Virus record (IMG/VR): IMGVR_UViG_3300032242_002041
Span: 62,001 to 126,000 of that record
Direction: 5' to 3' (one strand)
Length of the DNA stretch: 64,000 nucleotides
In this document: positions 30,368-39,842 of the stretch, in pieces
Layout: every line of letters starts with the position of its first letter
Position numbering within the stretch: position 1 is the first letter of the stretch
Position numbers and translations under genes: made by a program
Notes under the pieces: model-generated
The model's database searches: none
Seen by the model: the letters and a program-made list of their open reading frames with translations, nothing else
Told to the model about the DNA's origin: nothing

Positions 30368-31351
30368 ATGACATATTCATCAGGTGGATTAATTCAAGCA
30401 ACAGACTATAATGGGTTTGTTAGCACAACAGCAGGTGCCAACGTTAATGCAACCTGGAGTACTGGTACTACCAATGCTGGTTGGGGACAAACAGCGTTAG
30501 GTACCGTTGCTGCAGGCGGAACCGTAACAGCAGCACAATGGGCTAGCTTGGTTAACACACTTGCTAGTATGGGTAGCCAAACAGGCACAACAATTACAGC
30601 AAGAACAGCCCCAACCGCAGGTCAAACTATTAGTGTATTAGCCGCGGTTAATACTGACTTAACAAACTGCTATAACAATCGTGGTAATGCATCGTCATCT
30701 GGAACAGCTTACGGTACATTCTCAGGAACAACTAGTAAAACTACAGCCACTGGTTCTGGGCAGACAACTTGGACTATTACATTTACACACACTGTAACAT
30801 TTCCAAGTGCTGACCAAGCACGTTATTTCTTCAACGCAGGCGGCATTGTAAAAATTCAATACGGTAAATCCTCGACCGGTACAGACATTGACCCAGATTG
30901 GAATACCTTTGCAGGCTATTGCGGATCAATTAACATCACTGGCGGCGCACAAACTATTGCTGGCCAGGCCTATACAGGAACTACACGTTTAGGCGGTACA
31001 GGTGGCACACAAACTACTTTAGCCACCACAACAGGATGGTATGCACTTACTGGAACGCCGGTTACTATATTCCAATTAAACAATACCAACTCACCGTACA
31101 CCGGTGAATACATCCGTACACAAGCATCTGCATCTGCTACTGTGTTAACATTAACAACAACTTGGGTTCAACCGGCAGTTAGTGGAGCTGGTACAACCTG
31201 CAACATTTCGGGCGGTACAGCAGTGGCAAGTCCAGCAACCACAATTGGTGCCGCAACAGCGCCGACCACTTTGGTCACATACGTTCCACCAAGTACAACT
31301 TACCTAACTAATAGTTGGGGAACACCAACTATTGCCGCATCTGTAGCCTAA
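30368..31351 (+). CDS. Thr/Ala/Gly-rich virion structural protein
   Basis: Very T/S-rich 327 aa; TF.SADQARYFFNAGG motif; last gene before a terminator. Confidence 0.55.
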   Translation: MTYSSGGLIQATDYNGFVSTTAGANVNATWSTGTTNAGWGQTALGTVAAGGTVTAAQWASLVNTLASMGSQTGTTITARTAPTAGQTISVLAAVNTDLTNCYNNRGNASSSGTAYGTFSGTTSKTTATGSGQTTWTITFTHTVTFPSADQARYFFNAGGIVKIQYGKSSTGTDIDPDWNTFAGYCGSINITGGAQTIAGQAYTGTTRLGGTGGTQTTLATTTGWYALTGTPVTIFQLNNTNSPYTGEYIRTQASASATVLTLTTTWVQPAVSGAGTTCNISGGTAVASPATTIGAATAPTTLVTYVPPSTTYLTNSWGTPTIAASVA

Positions 31352-31370
31352 CGGCACTGTAGCTTTACCA

Positions 31371-31390
31371 AAAGCCCCGCAAGGGGCTTT
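31371..31390 (+). terminator. Intrinsic terminator hairpin ending the structural operon
   Basis: AAAGCCCC-GCAA-GGGGCTTT, perfect stem with GNRA loop. Confidence 0.75.
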
Positions 31391-31416
31391 ACCTTATCCG
31401 CTTTTTGTAGTATAAT
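31388..31416 (+). promoter_or_regulatory. Sigma70-type promoter at the head of the modification island
   Basis: TTTACC-N17-TATAAT, 6 nt before ATG 31423. Confidence 0.6.
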
Positions 31417-31422
31417 AAACAC

Positions 31423-31737
31423 ATGAATACTGACGAACTTATTGCTCACGGCCGCGCCCGTTTTGAACATGCGGCTGCACGACGCACCCTTAAAGAAAAA
31501 TACCAAGCCAAGCTGACATTTGCTTATAATGGTGGAATGTGGCGAGCTGGTCCAGAATTAATTAATATTTTAGCCGCTTCGTTAGAGCACGGGCAACAAG
31601 GTCTGGTACTACTTGACCTGTATGAAACTCCAATCATGGTTGATTACAAAGAACTATTAAAGTTAGCACACGAACGTTGGCAAGAACAAATGACGGCCTG
31701 GCTTGTAGAACACGAAGAACTAAACAAAAATAGATGA
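31423..31737 (+). CDS. Hypothetical protein
   Basis: 104-aa ORF coupled to the next gene by ATGA. Confidence 0.7.
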   Translation: MNTDELIAHGRARFEHAAARRTLKEKYQAKLTFAYNGGMWRAGPELINILAASLEHGQQGLVLLDLYETPIMVDYKELLKLAHERWQEQMTAWLVEHEELNKNR

Positions 31738-32486
31738 GGACAGGCGCTGTAATCTTTGCCCGCAACAATGAACAAATTGATTATGTTGCTATGGCTCGTT
31801 GGTCTGCCCGTAATATTGAGCGACATCTTGGCATTCCAACGCATATTATTACAGATGATGAACCCAACAAGAATACAAGACACTTTACAGATGTCGGAAA
31901 TGTAACCTGGCATAATCATAACCGTATGGATGCTTATCGTTTGACCCCATGGGACCGTACACTAGTGTTAGATGCTGATTATGTTGTAGCTACAGATCAA
32001 TTAAAGTCATTGCTCGAAGTAGACCAAGATTTTTTAGCACCGCGGTGGGCATATGATGTTACAGGGTGTGATGCCTTTGAAGGATTGAATTCATTTGGTG
32101 CCAATCGTATGCCCATGTGGTGGGCAACTGTGATGATGTTCCGCCGGAGTCGGCAAGCAGAATTAATTTTTAATTCAATGCAGATGATTAGAGATAACTG
32201 GACACACTATAGAAATTTGTACAAAAATACAACAACAACTTATCGCAATGATCATGCACTCAGTGTTGCATTAGGTATTGTCAACGGACATACATTAGAG
32301 CACAATAGTATTCCTTGGGCATTGGCCAGCTTAACGCCAGCACATAAGTTAACACAACTGAGCCAAGATCGATATAGGGTTGATTTTGTGAACACAGAAA
32401 ATCAAACTCGGTGGATAGAACTACGTCAAGACTTCCATGCCATGGGTAAACAACAACTGGGAGAGATCGTTGCCAATCCTTGCTGA
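31734..32486 (+). CDS. Glycosyltransferase, GT-A fold (GT8-like)
   Basis: TPWDRTLVLDADY DxD motif, RND, C-terminal H.MGK. Confidence 0.65.
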   Translation: MRTGAVIFARNNEQIDYVAMARWSARNIERHLGIPTHIITDDEPNKNTRHFTDVGNVTWHNHNRMDAYRLTPWDRTLVLDADYVVATDQLKSLLEVDQDFLAPRWAYDVTGCDAFEGLNSFGANRMPMWWATVMMFRRSRQAELIFNSMQMIRDNWTHYRNLYKNTTTTYRNDHALSVALGIVNGHTLEHNSIPWALASLTPAHKLTQLSQDRYRVDFVNTENQTRWIELRQDFHAMGKQQLGEIVANPC

Positions 32487-33198
32487 ACGTGGCTACTTAA
32501 TTCCTGCTATAGGCGACGCTTATGTAGCCTGTGCCGAACAATTGAAACAGAGTATTTTACAGTTTCATCCCAAGGCACACATAACTATCTTGACCAAAGA
32601 AATGTTACCCTATGGCGACTTGGGCGGGTTTGCCAATGACTGGCAATGTTTTGCCGCTAGTCCATATAGGCAAACTATCAAACTAGAAGCCGATATGATC
32701 TGTGCTAGCGCAATTGATCATTGGTGGACCATGTTTGAACGGCGTGACCTAGTTGTTAGCCAAGGAGCAAGAACATTTTATGATGACCCTGCTGAATCCA
32801 GATACTATAGAAAAATATTTGATACCAACAACTTGCCAGATGTTTATAATGCCATTACCTATTGGCGATTAAGTAATACAGCTAAAGAGTTTTTTGATTT
32901 GGTGCGTCAAATATTTGAACAATGGAATAGTTATCGACAATTATTAAAATTTCCAGATAATGAGCCAACTACTGATGTAGTCTACGCTATTGCCGCTGTT
33001 ATCATAGGAGTAGAAACGGTTACCTTACCTGCAGGACTAGGACTAACTATAGTACATATGAAACGCCATATCAATCCTATACAAACAGACAACTGGACAC
33101 GAGAATTAGTTTGGGAAAATAATCCATTAAGGATTAATACTGTGGCCCAGTGGGGCCTAGTGCATTATCACGTTAAGGAGTGGAACTATGAGCAATGA
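32470..33198 (+). CDS. Glycosyltransferase-like paralog (GT8-like); probable TTG start at 32470
   Basis: SPYRQTIKLEADM, TTD, VHMK and VHYH; GGAGAG before the in-frame TTG. Confidence 0.6.
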   Translation: MPILAERGYLIPAIGDAYVACAEQLKQSILQFHPKAHITILTKEMLPYGDLGGFANDWQCFAASPYRQTIKLEADMICASAIDHWWTMFERRDLVVSQGARTFYDDPAESRYYRKIFDTNNLPDVYNAITYWRLSNTAKEFFDLVRQIFEQWNSYRQLLKFPDNEPTTDVVYAIAAVIIGVETVTLPAGLGLTIVHMKRHINPIQTDNWTRELVWENNPLRINTVAQWGLVHYHVKEWNYEQ

Positions 33199-33472
33199 TC
33201 AAGATAAAACAAAACACAATACACGAATGCATCGTGCGTGGCGAGCTATTAAGAAACAACTGAATATCATTAAACAACGAAAATATTTTGGTGAGGCATC
33301 AAAACGCATCGACGAAGCACAGCCACATCGGCTTGCTAAAAAACACGCAATGGATTGCGGCCAGCCTGGTTGCGTAATATGTGGTAATCCTCGACATAAT
33401 AAATTCCACAAAGGCAAAGACAAGTTAACCACGCAAGAGCGTCGCAATAATCAAAAAAGCAATGATGAGTGA
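33188..33472 (+). CDS. Small basic Cys-motif protein
   Basis: K/R-rich; HAMDCGQPGCVICGNPR may bind Zn. Confidence 0.65.
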   Translation: MSNDQDKTKHNTRMHRAWRAIKKQLNIIKQRKYFGEASKRIDEAQPHRLAKKHAMDCGQPGCVICGNPRHNKFHKGKDKLTTQERRNNQKSNDE

Positions 33473-33821
33473 TACGCTGTTAACCGAACAAGATTTTTGG
33501 GCAATCCTACAGGCTACGCCAGAACCTAAGCCAATATTCTATAGACTGTATTACAACAACGACGGTACTCCTATTATCTACAGCATGGAGGTGTTGCCTG
33601 GTAATTACATAGACGTTGATCAGCCGACTTATGTACTAGCACCGTTTAATGTTCGGGTAGTTGACGGCAAAATCACTTATATCAAACCAGTAATTACCGT
33701 TAAAAAATTACAGCCCAATGAATCAAATGGAACTGCGTGTGATCCCAGTGATGTATGCATAGTAGTCAATGCAGATCAACCACATACAAAATGGACGATA
33801 GTAACTAATGAAATTGATTGA
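33462..33821 (+). CDS. Hypothetical protein
   Basis: 119-aa ORF overlapping both neighbours by a few nt. Confidence 0.7.
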   Translation: MMSDTLLTEQDFWAILQATPEPKPIFYRLYYNNDGTPIIYSMEVLPGNYIDVDQPTYVLAPFNVRVVDGKITYIKPVITVKKLQPNESNGTACDPSDVCIVVNADQPHTKWTIVTNEID

Positions 33822-34725
33822 CACAGCAGACTTAGACTGCATTTACCTAACATATGATGAGCCAAACGCTGAAGAAAATTGGGTTAAGATTAAGAACATG
33901 GTACCATGGGCCCGCCGTGTGGATGGTGTTAAAGGGTCAGACGCCGCCCACAAAGCAGCCGCGGATGCTAGTGATACTGATCGATTTGTGCTTGTCGATG
34001 GCGACAACATTCCAGATCCTGCGTTCTTTAATCTTACGTTAACAGTAAACGAAGTATGCGTATATCGTTGGCGTGCCAAGAATCATATCAACGGCTTAAT
34101 GTACGGCAATGGTGGCTTAAGCGTATGGTCAAAAGAATTTGTTTATGCCATGCGTACACACGAAGCAACAGATGGCTCGGTAGAAAATGATGTAGAGTTT
34201 TGTTTCTATCCCAACTACTATGCCATGCATGACTGCTATTCAACAACATACCCTAACGGGTCGGCATTCCAGGCCTGGCGAGCAGGGTTCCGCGAAGGTG
34301 TTAAGATGTGCTTAAACAAAGGAGCACGTCCTACCTTGCAAGAGTTTAAGAACCGTGTACATCAACGCAACTTAGACCATTTGACCATATGGCATAACAT
34401 AGGACGCGATGTAGACAATGGCATCTGGGCAATAGCCGGCGCTCGTATGGGCACCTATATGACCATGATTACCCCACAGTGGGACTATCGTACTGTACAA
34501 GACTTTGCTGCATTAGAAGAACTTTGGGCAACAGTCAAAGATACTAATCCTGAGTTGTTGGCTGGACGTGTAGCCGAAGACCTAGCCACACAATTAGATT
34601 TACCAATGACCACTATACTAGGACCAGAGAGTACGTTCTTTAAACAACACTACCGTTCCAACTGGCACAACCAAGGTGTTATGATTAAAGAAATTGATGT
34701 GATTAGGAATCAAGAAGGATGGTAA
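33808..34725 (+). CDS. Glycosyltransferase, GT-A fold
   Basis: YDEPNAEENW, AHKAAA, VLVDGDN (DxD), NGLMYGNGG and AWRAGFREG. Confidence 0.65.
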   Translation: MKLIDTADLDCIYLTYDEPNAEENWVKIKNMVPWARRVDGVKGSDAAHKAAADASDTDRFVLVDGDNIPDPAFFNLTLTVNEVCVYRWRAKNHINGLMYGNGGLSVWSKEFVYAMRTHEATDGSVENDVEFCFYPNYYAMHDCYSTTYPNGSAFQAWRAGFREGVKMCLNKGARPTLQEFKNRVHQRNLDHLTIWHNIGRDVDNGIWAIAGARMGTYMTMITPQWDYRTVQDFAALEELWATVKDTNPELLAGRVAEDLATQLDLPMTTILGPESTFFKQHYRSNWHNQGVMIKEIDVIRNQEGW

Positions 34726-35627
34726 GTAAAAAGATATTAATTACAGGGAGCACCGGATTTATCGGAGCCCATGTTGCAAAGTATCTTTCCAATTGTGGAT
34801 ACACAGTAATCGGTGTAGACAAAAATTTACCAAACACACCAGTTAACTTTGAGTTTATTCAATTTGACTTAACTAATCTCTGCAATAATTTACCAGATGT
34901 TGATGTTGTGTTACACCTGGCTGCATTTAATGGAACAAAATATTTTTACACAGATTCTTTTAGTGTTATTAAACAAAATATAATTCCAACTATAAATTTA
35001 CTTGAACGCTATCAAGGAAACGTTGAAAGGTTTGTGTATGCTGGATCTCCAGAAAGTACTGCTGGAGCCACCGATTTTTTTAACTATCCAATTCCAACCG
35101 ATGAACACTGTCCTCTAGTAGTAGAAGATCCAACAAATCTACGATGGAGTTATGCAGGATCAAAAGCACTCGGCGAGCAAGCAACCATTGCCTCTAAAGT
35201 GCCGTACACAATAATTAGATATAACAATATTTTTGGCCCAGGACAAGTTGATCATTTTATATCAGAATTTTATGACAGAACTCAGCAAGGAGTGTATGAA
35301 TTGTACGGTTGGGAAAATACTAGAACTTTTATGTATGTCAGCGATGCTGTTGAAGCTACCAGACAATTAATTGAGTCTAACAATGCAATGAATCAAATTG
35401 TCAATGTAGGCGGAGATCAAGAAGTTACAATATTAGAAGTAGCAAAATTTATGTTAGACAGTCTGGGAATAACAGACCAGCCGATTATTTGTAAAGATGC
35501 AGCAACCGGAAGCGCCAAACGCCGTTGTCCTGATGTTTCTAAATTAAAATTATTACTTAATTTCCAAACGCAGGTAACCTGGCAAGAAGGAATTATTAAA
35601 ACGCTCAAGGAGTTTACATGCACATAG
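34719..35627 (+). CDS. NAD-dependent nucleotide-sugar epimerase/dehydratase (extended SDR)
   Basis: ITGSTGFIG, HLAA, YAGSK (YxxxK), RYNNIFGP and TRTFMYVSDAV. Confidence 0.9.
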   Translation: MVSKKILITGSTGFIGAHVAKYLSNCGYTVIGVDKNLPNTPVNFEFIQFDLTNLCNNLPDVDVVLHLAAFNGTKYFYTDSFSVIKQNIIPTINLLERYQGNVERFVYAGSPESTAGATDFFNYPIPTDEHCPLVVEDPTNLRWSYAGSKALGEQATIASKVPYTIIRYNNIFGPGQVDHFISEFYDRTQQGVYELYGWENTRTFMYVSDAVEATRQLIESNNAMNQIVNVGGDQEVTILEVAKFMLDSLGITDQPIICKDAATGSAKRRCPDVSKLKLLLNFQTQVTWQEGIIKTLKEFTCT

Positions 35628-36421
35628 GAATCATAGGAATGGGCTGTATAGGTTCCGCTAATCAAGCTGGATTTGAATTTCTTGGGCATACTGTTGTAGG
35701 ACATGATCCTAAACTTAATACCACTATTGATATTGTAAAAAATACAGAGATTGTTTTTGTTTGTGTTCCTACTCCGAGCTATGACGATGGTGGTTGCGAT
35801 CTATCTATTATTGAAGCTGTGTTAAAAGATCTTAACAGTATCAATTACAAAGGAATTATTGCCATTCGAAGTACAGTAATTCCAGGGTTTACCCAACAGG
35901 TAATTAATAGATATACAAATTTATCTATTTGTTTTGTGCCAGAATTTTTAAGAGAACGATGTGCGGTTAATGATTTTATTAAAAATCAAAAGTTACTGGC
36001 AGTAGGAACAAATGACCGTTATATCTATCAACAAATTAAATTAGCATTTGGAACTTTGCCCGACCAAACTATACATTTAACCCCTAACGAAGCAGAGATA
36101 CTAAAGTACTTTAACAATTCGTATGCCGCATTGCGAGTGACCTTTGCCAACATCATGTATGAACTTTGTAAAAAATTTGAAGCGGACTATACAGTGGTAA
36201 AAAATGCATACATTAGCACAGGTAAAGCCGGCGATATGTACCTTGATGTTGCTCCACATTTACGAGGCTACGGAGGTAAATGTTTACCAAAAGATATTAA
36301 AGCATTGTCGTTGTTGATAAAGGAACACGGTTTACCATTTGACTTAATATCGGCTATTGATCATGACAATGATCAAATTGATACTACAGTGTTCAATGGA
36401 ATGAGGAAAGCCAATGACTAA
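35618..36421 (+). CDS. ugd: UDP-glucose/GDP-mannose dehydrogenase family protein, short form
   Basis: GIIGMG.IG, FVCVPTP, IRSTVIPG, PEFLRE, K.FNN and GYGGKCLPKD; only 267 aa. Confidence 0.85.
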   Translation: MHIGIIGMGCIGSANQAGFEFLGHTVVGHDPKLNTTIDIVKNTEIVFVCVPTPSYDDGGCDLSIIEAVLKDLNSINYKGIIAIRSTVIPGFTQQVINRYTNLSICFVPEFLRERCAVNDFIKNQKLLAVGTNDRYIYQQIKLAFGTLPDQTIHLTPNEAEILKYFNNSYAALRVTFANIMYELCKKFEADYTVVKNAYISTGKAGDMYLDVAPHLRGYGGKCLPKDIKALSLLIKEHGLPFDLISAIDHDNDQIDTTVFNGMRKAND

Positions 36422-37364
36422 CAACTATTGCGTTATCTGCACAAACGATCGACTATGGAAGCTCACGGAATTGCTGTCATTTCTTAAAGAGAATCAGGGG
36501 CAGTCGATTATACTAGATATTAATCCAGAAGCCATTGATCTTGAAAAGATCGGACTGTATAAAATACTAGATTTATTTGATTTTGAGTCAGTAATAATTT
36601 TTACATATAACCCGTTCGAGTGTCATAACAAGTACACTATAGTTTGTAAAAACACAACTGTTTTTTTAGAAGAAGCGGCAGTAGTTGATCCTTTGCTGCA
36701 CCAATGGACCAAAGATAAAATATTTTTAACTATGTATCGTCGCCCTACTGCCGGTCGCCTTGGGTTAGCAGGTCATCTGTTTGCTAACCATAATGACATT
36801 AGTCATATACATTTTTCTGCTAGTACATCAACAGATGAGCTGGAACTTTACGAAATGAATAAGTTATTAACTTACGATTTACCTTCTATCATCGATGCTG
36901 GCAAAATGATTCCTAACATGCCGTTGGAACTTGCTAGCAGTCAGTACTATTCAAAATTTGGGCTCATGTCAAATTTTGATTCTGCTCTGAGAGAGTACTA
37001 TCGACAAATATTAATTGATATTGTTGGAGAAACACATGTGTCAGGAGATACCTTTTTTCCTACAGAAAAAACCACAAGACCCATGTGGCTTAAAAAACCA
37101 TTTATAGTATTTGCTTCTAAAAACTATCTTGATTACCTACGGCAGATGGGGTTCAGAACATTTAGTGATTTTTGGCCCGAGGATTATGATGGATTTGACG
37201 GACGAGATCGTTACATTAAAATACTAGAGTTAATTGACAACTTAGCTCAAAAATCAATTGATGAACTAGAAAAAATGTACTGGGACATGCAATACACACT
37301 TGATCATAATTATAATCTTTTATTGAATCAAAACTACAACACTACCATTAGCTATCTACTATGA
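36414..37364 (+). CDS. Putative glycosyltransferase (GT10-like TEK motif), paralog 1
   Basis: DIVGET..FFPTEKTTRP..KKPFIV..LRQMGFRTF..EDYD..R. Confidence 0.5.
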   Translation: MTNNYCVICTNDRLWKLTELLSFLKENQGQSIILDINPEAIDLEKIGLYKILDLFDFESVIIFTYNPFECHNKYTIVCKNTTVFLEEAAVVDPLLHQWTKDKIFLTMYRRPTAGRLGLAGHLFANHNDISHIHFSASTSTDELELYEMNKLLTYDLPSIIDAGKMIPNMPLELASSQYYSKFGLMSNFDSALREYYRQILIDIVGETHVSGDTFFPTEKTTRPMWLKKPFIVFASKNYLDYLRQMGFRTFSDFWPEDYDGFDGRDRYIKILELIDNLAQKSIDELEKMYWDMQYTLDHNYNLLLNQNYNTTISYLL

Positions 37365-38776
37365 CAAACAAAGGCGACGAAGTCACACAGGATTTTAAAT
37401 CAAAGTTCTTAGGTGATGCAGAATTTATGAAGGAGAATCTCGGTCCAGCACTCTGCTTGGCCAAATGGAAGCAAGTTAGTCTACACTTGCCCACAGGACT
37501 TAATAACAGTTGCTATCATCCTCCCTTACATCCAATCGATGCTACCCTATTAGCAGACAATCCCAGCGCACTGCATAATACTCCGCACAAGAAAGAACAG
37601 CGTAAAATTATGCTCAAACAAGAACGCCCTGCAGAGTGTAGTTACTGCTGGGCTATGGAAGACAATAATAAACTAAGTGATCGTCACTACCGTTCTGGCG
37701 AGCCATGGGCTGCTAAAGACTTTAATATTGTTGTAAATTCAATAGGAGATGAAGATGTTATACCTAGCTATGTGGAAGTTAATTTTAATCATGCTTGTAA
37801 CTTGGCTTGTAGTTATTGTAGTCCTCAATTCAGTAGCACATGGCAGCAAGAGGTCACTAAATGGGGAGGGTATCCTACTAGTACTATTCATAACGATCCT
37901 AGTCATTTCCGTGGTCGTAATTTACCGATTCCTAACTCACAGCCTAATCCTTATGTAGATGCATTTTGGGAGTGGTGGCCTACCTTATACCCAGAATTAG
38001 AACACTTCCGTATGACCGGTGGCGAACCCATGTTGGACCGGAATACCTATAGAGTATTTGACTATGTGCTGGCCAATCCTAAACCCAACTTACATCTTAA
38101 TGTAACTAGTAACTTCAGTGTGGATGAAAAGACCTGGCAAAAGTATTTAGGCTACACAAAAGAATTATGCCAAGAAGGTCGTCTTGAACACTTTATGCAA
38201 TATATTAGTCTTGATTCATTTGGTCCACAAGCAGAATATATCCGCTACGGCTTAGACTTTGACCTACTATGGGATCGCGTTAATCAATTCCTTACAGAAG
38301 TTCCTAGTTACAATAGTGTGACGTTTATTGTCACTATGAATAATTTGAGCGTAACAGGCCTGCCTAACTTGATGGCTGGTATCTTAGGCCTACGTAAGCT
38401 GTACTCAACAACATACCAACGTGTATGGTTTGATACTCCTGTACTACGTCAGCCCGCATGGCAGAGCTTGCAGATACTACCGGAAAGCTATGCTGAACAG
38501 TTAGAATACTTGTGGGCCTGGATGCTACGTCAAATTGAAACAGAAGACACACGCTTCCAAGGATTCAAGGACTATGAAATAGCCAGACTTGACCGCGATA
38601 TTGCCTGGATGCGTGATGGACAGACGCTAGATCCTGCGTATATTAATCAATGTAAAGCAGACTTCTTTCGTTTCTTTAACGAAGCTGATCGCAGGCACGG
38701 TACAGATTTTCTTGCAACCTTTCCAGAAATGACTACCTGGTGGAAGGAGTGCGAATATCATGCTAGGCAGTCGTAA
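37361..38776 (+). CDS. Radical SAM protein with N-terminal twitch-like domain
   Basis: CLAKW..SCYHP..CSYCW; CNLACSYC; TGGEP. Confidence 0.9.
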   Translation: MTNKGDEVTQDFKSKFLGDAEFMKENLGPALCLAKWKQVSLHLPTGLNNSCYHPPLHPIDATLLADNPSALHNTPHKKEQRKIMLKQERPAECSYCWAMEDNNKLSDRHYRSGEPWAAKDFNIVVNSIGDEDVIPSYVEVNFNHACNLACSYCSPQFSSTWQQEVTKWGGYPTSTIHNDPSHFRGRNLPIPNSQPNPYVDAFWEWWPTLYPELEHFRMTGGEPMLDRNTYRVFDYVLANPKPNLHLNVTSNFSVDEKTWQKYLGYTKELCQEGRLEHFMQYISLDSFGPQAEYIRYGLDFDLLWDRVNQFLTEVPSYNSVTFIVTMNNLSVTGLPNLMAGILGLRKLYSTTYQRVWFDTPVLRQPAWQSLQILPESYAEQLEYLWAWMLRQIETEDTRFQGFKDYEIARLDRDIAWMRDGQTLDPAYINQCKADFFRFFNEADRRHGTDFLATFPEMTTWWKECEYHARQS

Positions 38777-39842
38777 GTTAATTGTAGACACACACAGTGA
38801 AATTTACAGCATGATTCGTAATTGTGCTGATGGTATATTTTGGAATCTGGAACAGCATATTCAAAAAAATGAACTGGTGCCTGATGCAATTTATGTAATT
38901 GGTCGAGAACAAACACGCCTGTATAACAAACAACTGCGTACACTGATTGAAACCGCTGGCATAAAAGTTATCTTTAGTAATCCACACGAAGGGTCTGAAA
39001 CTTTAAAAAATCACTGTTATCAGTATGGCATTGCAGATTTGGTCTTGTCGGGTAAAATTTTATTAGTTGGTGGCGGTGATATGGAAAGCTTTTGGCCTCA
39101 TTTGCAGTATGATAGTTTTTTACCTAAAATTTTAAATTATGATGAAAATCTTTTGGCCATTGCAGATTACAAAGAAAAGTTTACAACACAACGTCCTTAT
39201 AAATTTTTGTTGCTGAATGGTCGAGCACGAGAACATAGAATACAACTGCTGGCTAAACTTGAAGGCATATTGGATCAAGCAATCTGGACCAATTTAGATT
39301 CTTCTGCTGGTCCTATACGACCGCTGGATCCAAGGTATGAATACAGCCATGTGATCAGCAACACACCACTGCCAGTTTCTGGATTTGTCAAACATCAGTT
39401 GTTTGATAACAAATGGGGCGATGTTTATATCAAACCAGAACTATATCAAGATACCTATTTTAGTATAGTTACCGAAACTGTGTTTGATTACCCGTACAGT
39501 TTTAGAACAGAAAAAATTTGGAAACCCATAGCAATTGGGCATCCTTGGATAGCAGTAGCCAACGCAGGCTTTTACAGAGACATGCACAATTTAGGATTTC
39601 AAACATTTAAAAACACAATCGATGAGTCATTTGATCAAATTGAAAACAATGCGGATCGTCTGGATCGCATCGCTCAAGTTGTTCTGGACTTATGTCAACA
39701 AGACCTTGTGACTTTTATAAAAGAGTGTTATAATGTATGTAAATACAATCAGCAACACCTTGCTGAACTAAGTCAAAAAGTTCCGCAAGAGTTCCCCAAC
39801 CGTTTTTTCCAATTTATTAAGAAATATCAATTCAATGAATGA
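38760..39842 (+). CDS. Putative glycosyltransferase (GT10-like TEK motif), paralog 2
   Basis: FLLLNGRAREHR; SIVTET..RTEKIWKP..HPWI..GFQTF..DESFD. Confidence 0.5.
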   Translation: MLGSRKLIVDTHSEIYSMIRNCADGIFWNLEQHIQKNELVPDAIYVIGREQTRLYNKQLRTLIETAGIKVIFSNPHEGSETLKNHCYQYGIADLVLSGKILLVGGGDMESFWPHLQYDSFLPKILNYDENLLAIADYKEKFTTQRPYKFLLLNGRAREHRIQLLAKLEGILDQAIWTNLDSSAGPIRPLDPRYEYSHVISNTPLPVSGFVKHQLFDNKWGDVYIKPELYQDTYFSIVTETVFDYPYSFRTEKIWKPIAIGHPWIAVANAGFYRDMHNLGFQTFKNTIDESFDQIENNADRLDRIAQVVLDLCQQDLVTFIKECYNVCKYNQQHLAELSQKVPQEFPNRFFQFIKKYQFNE

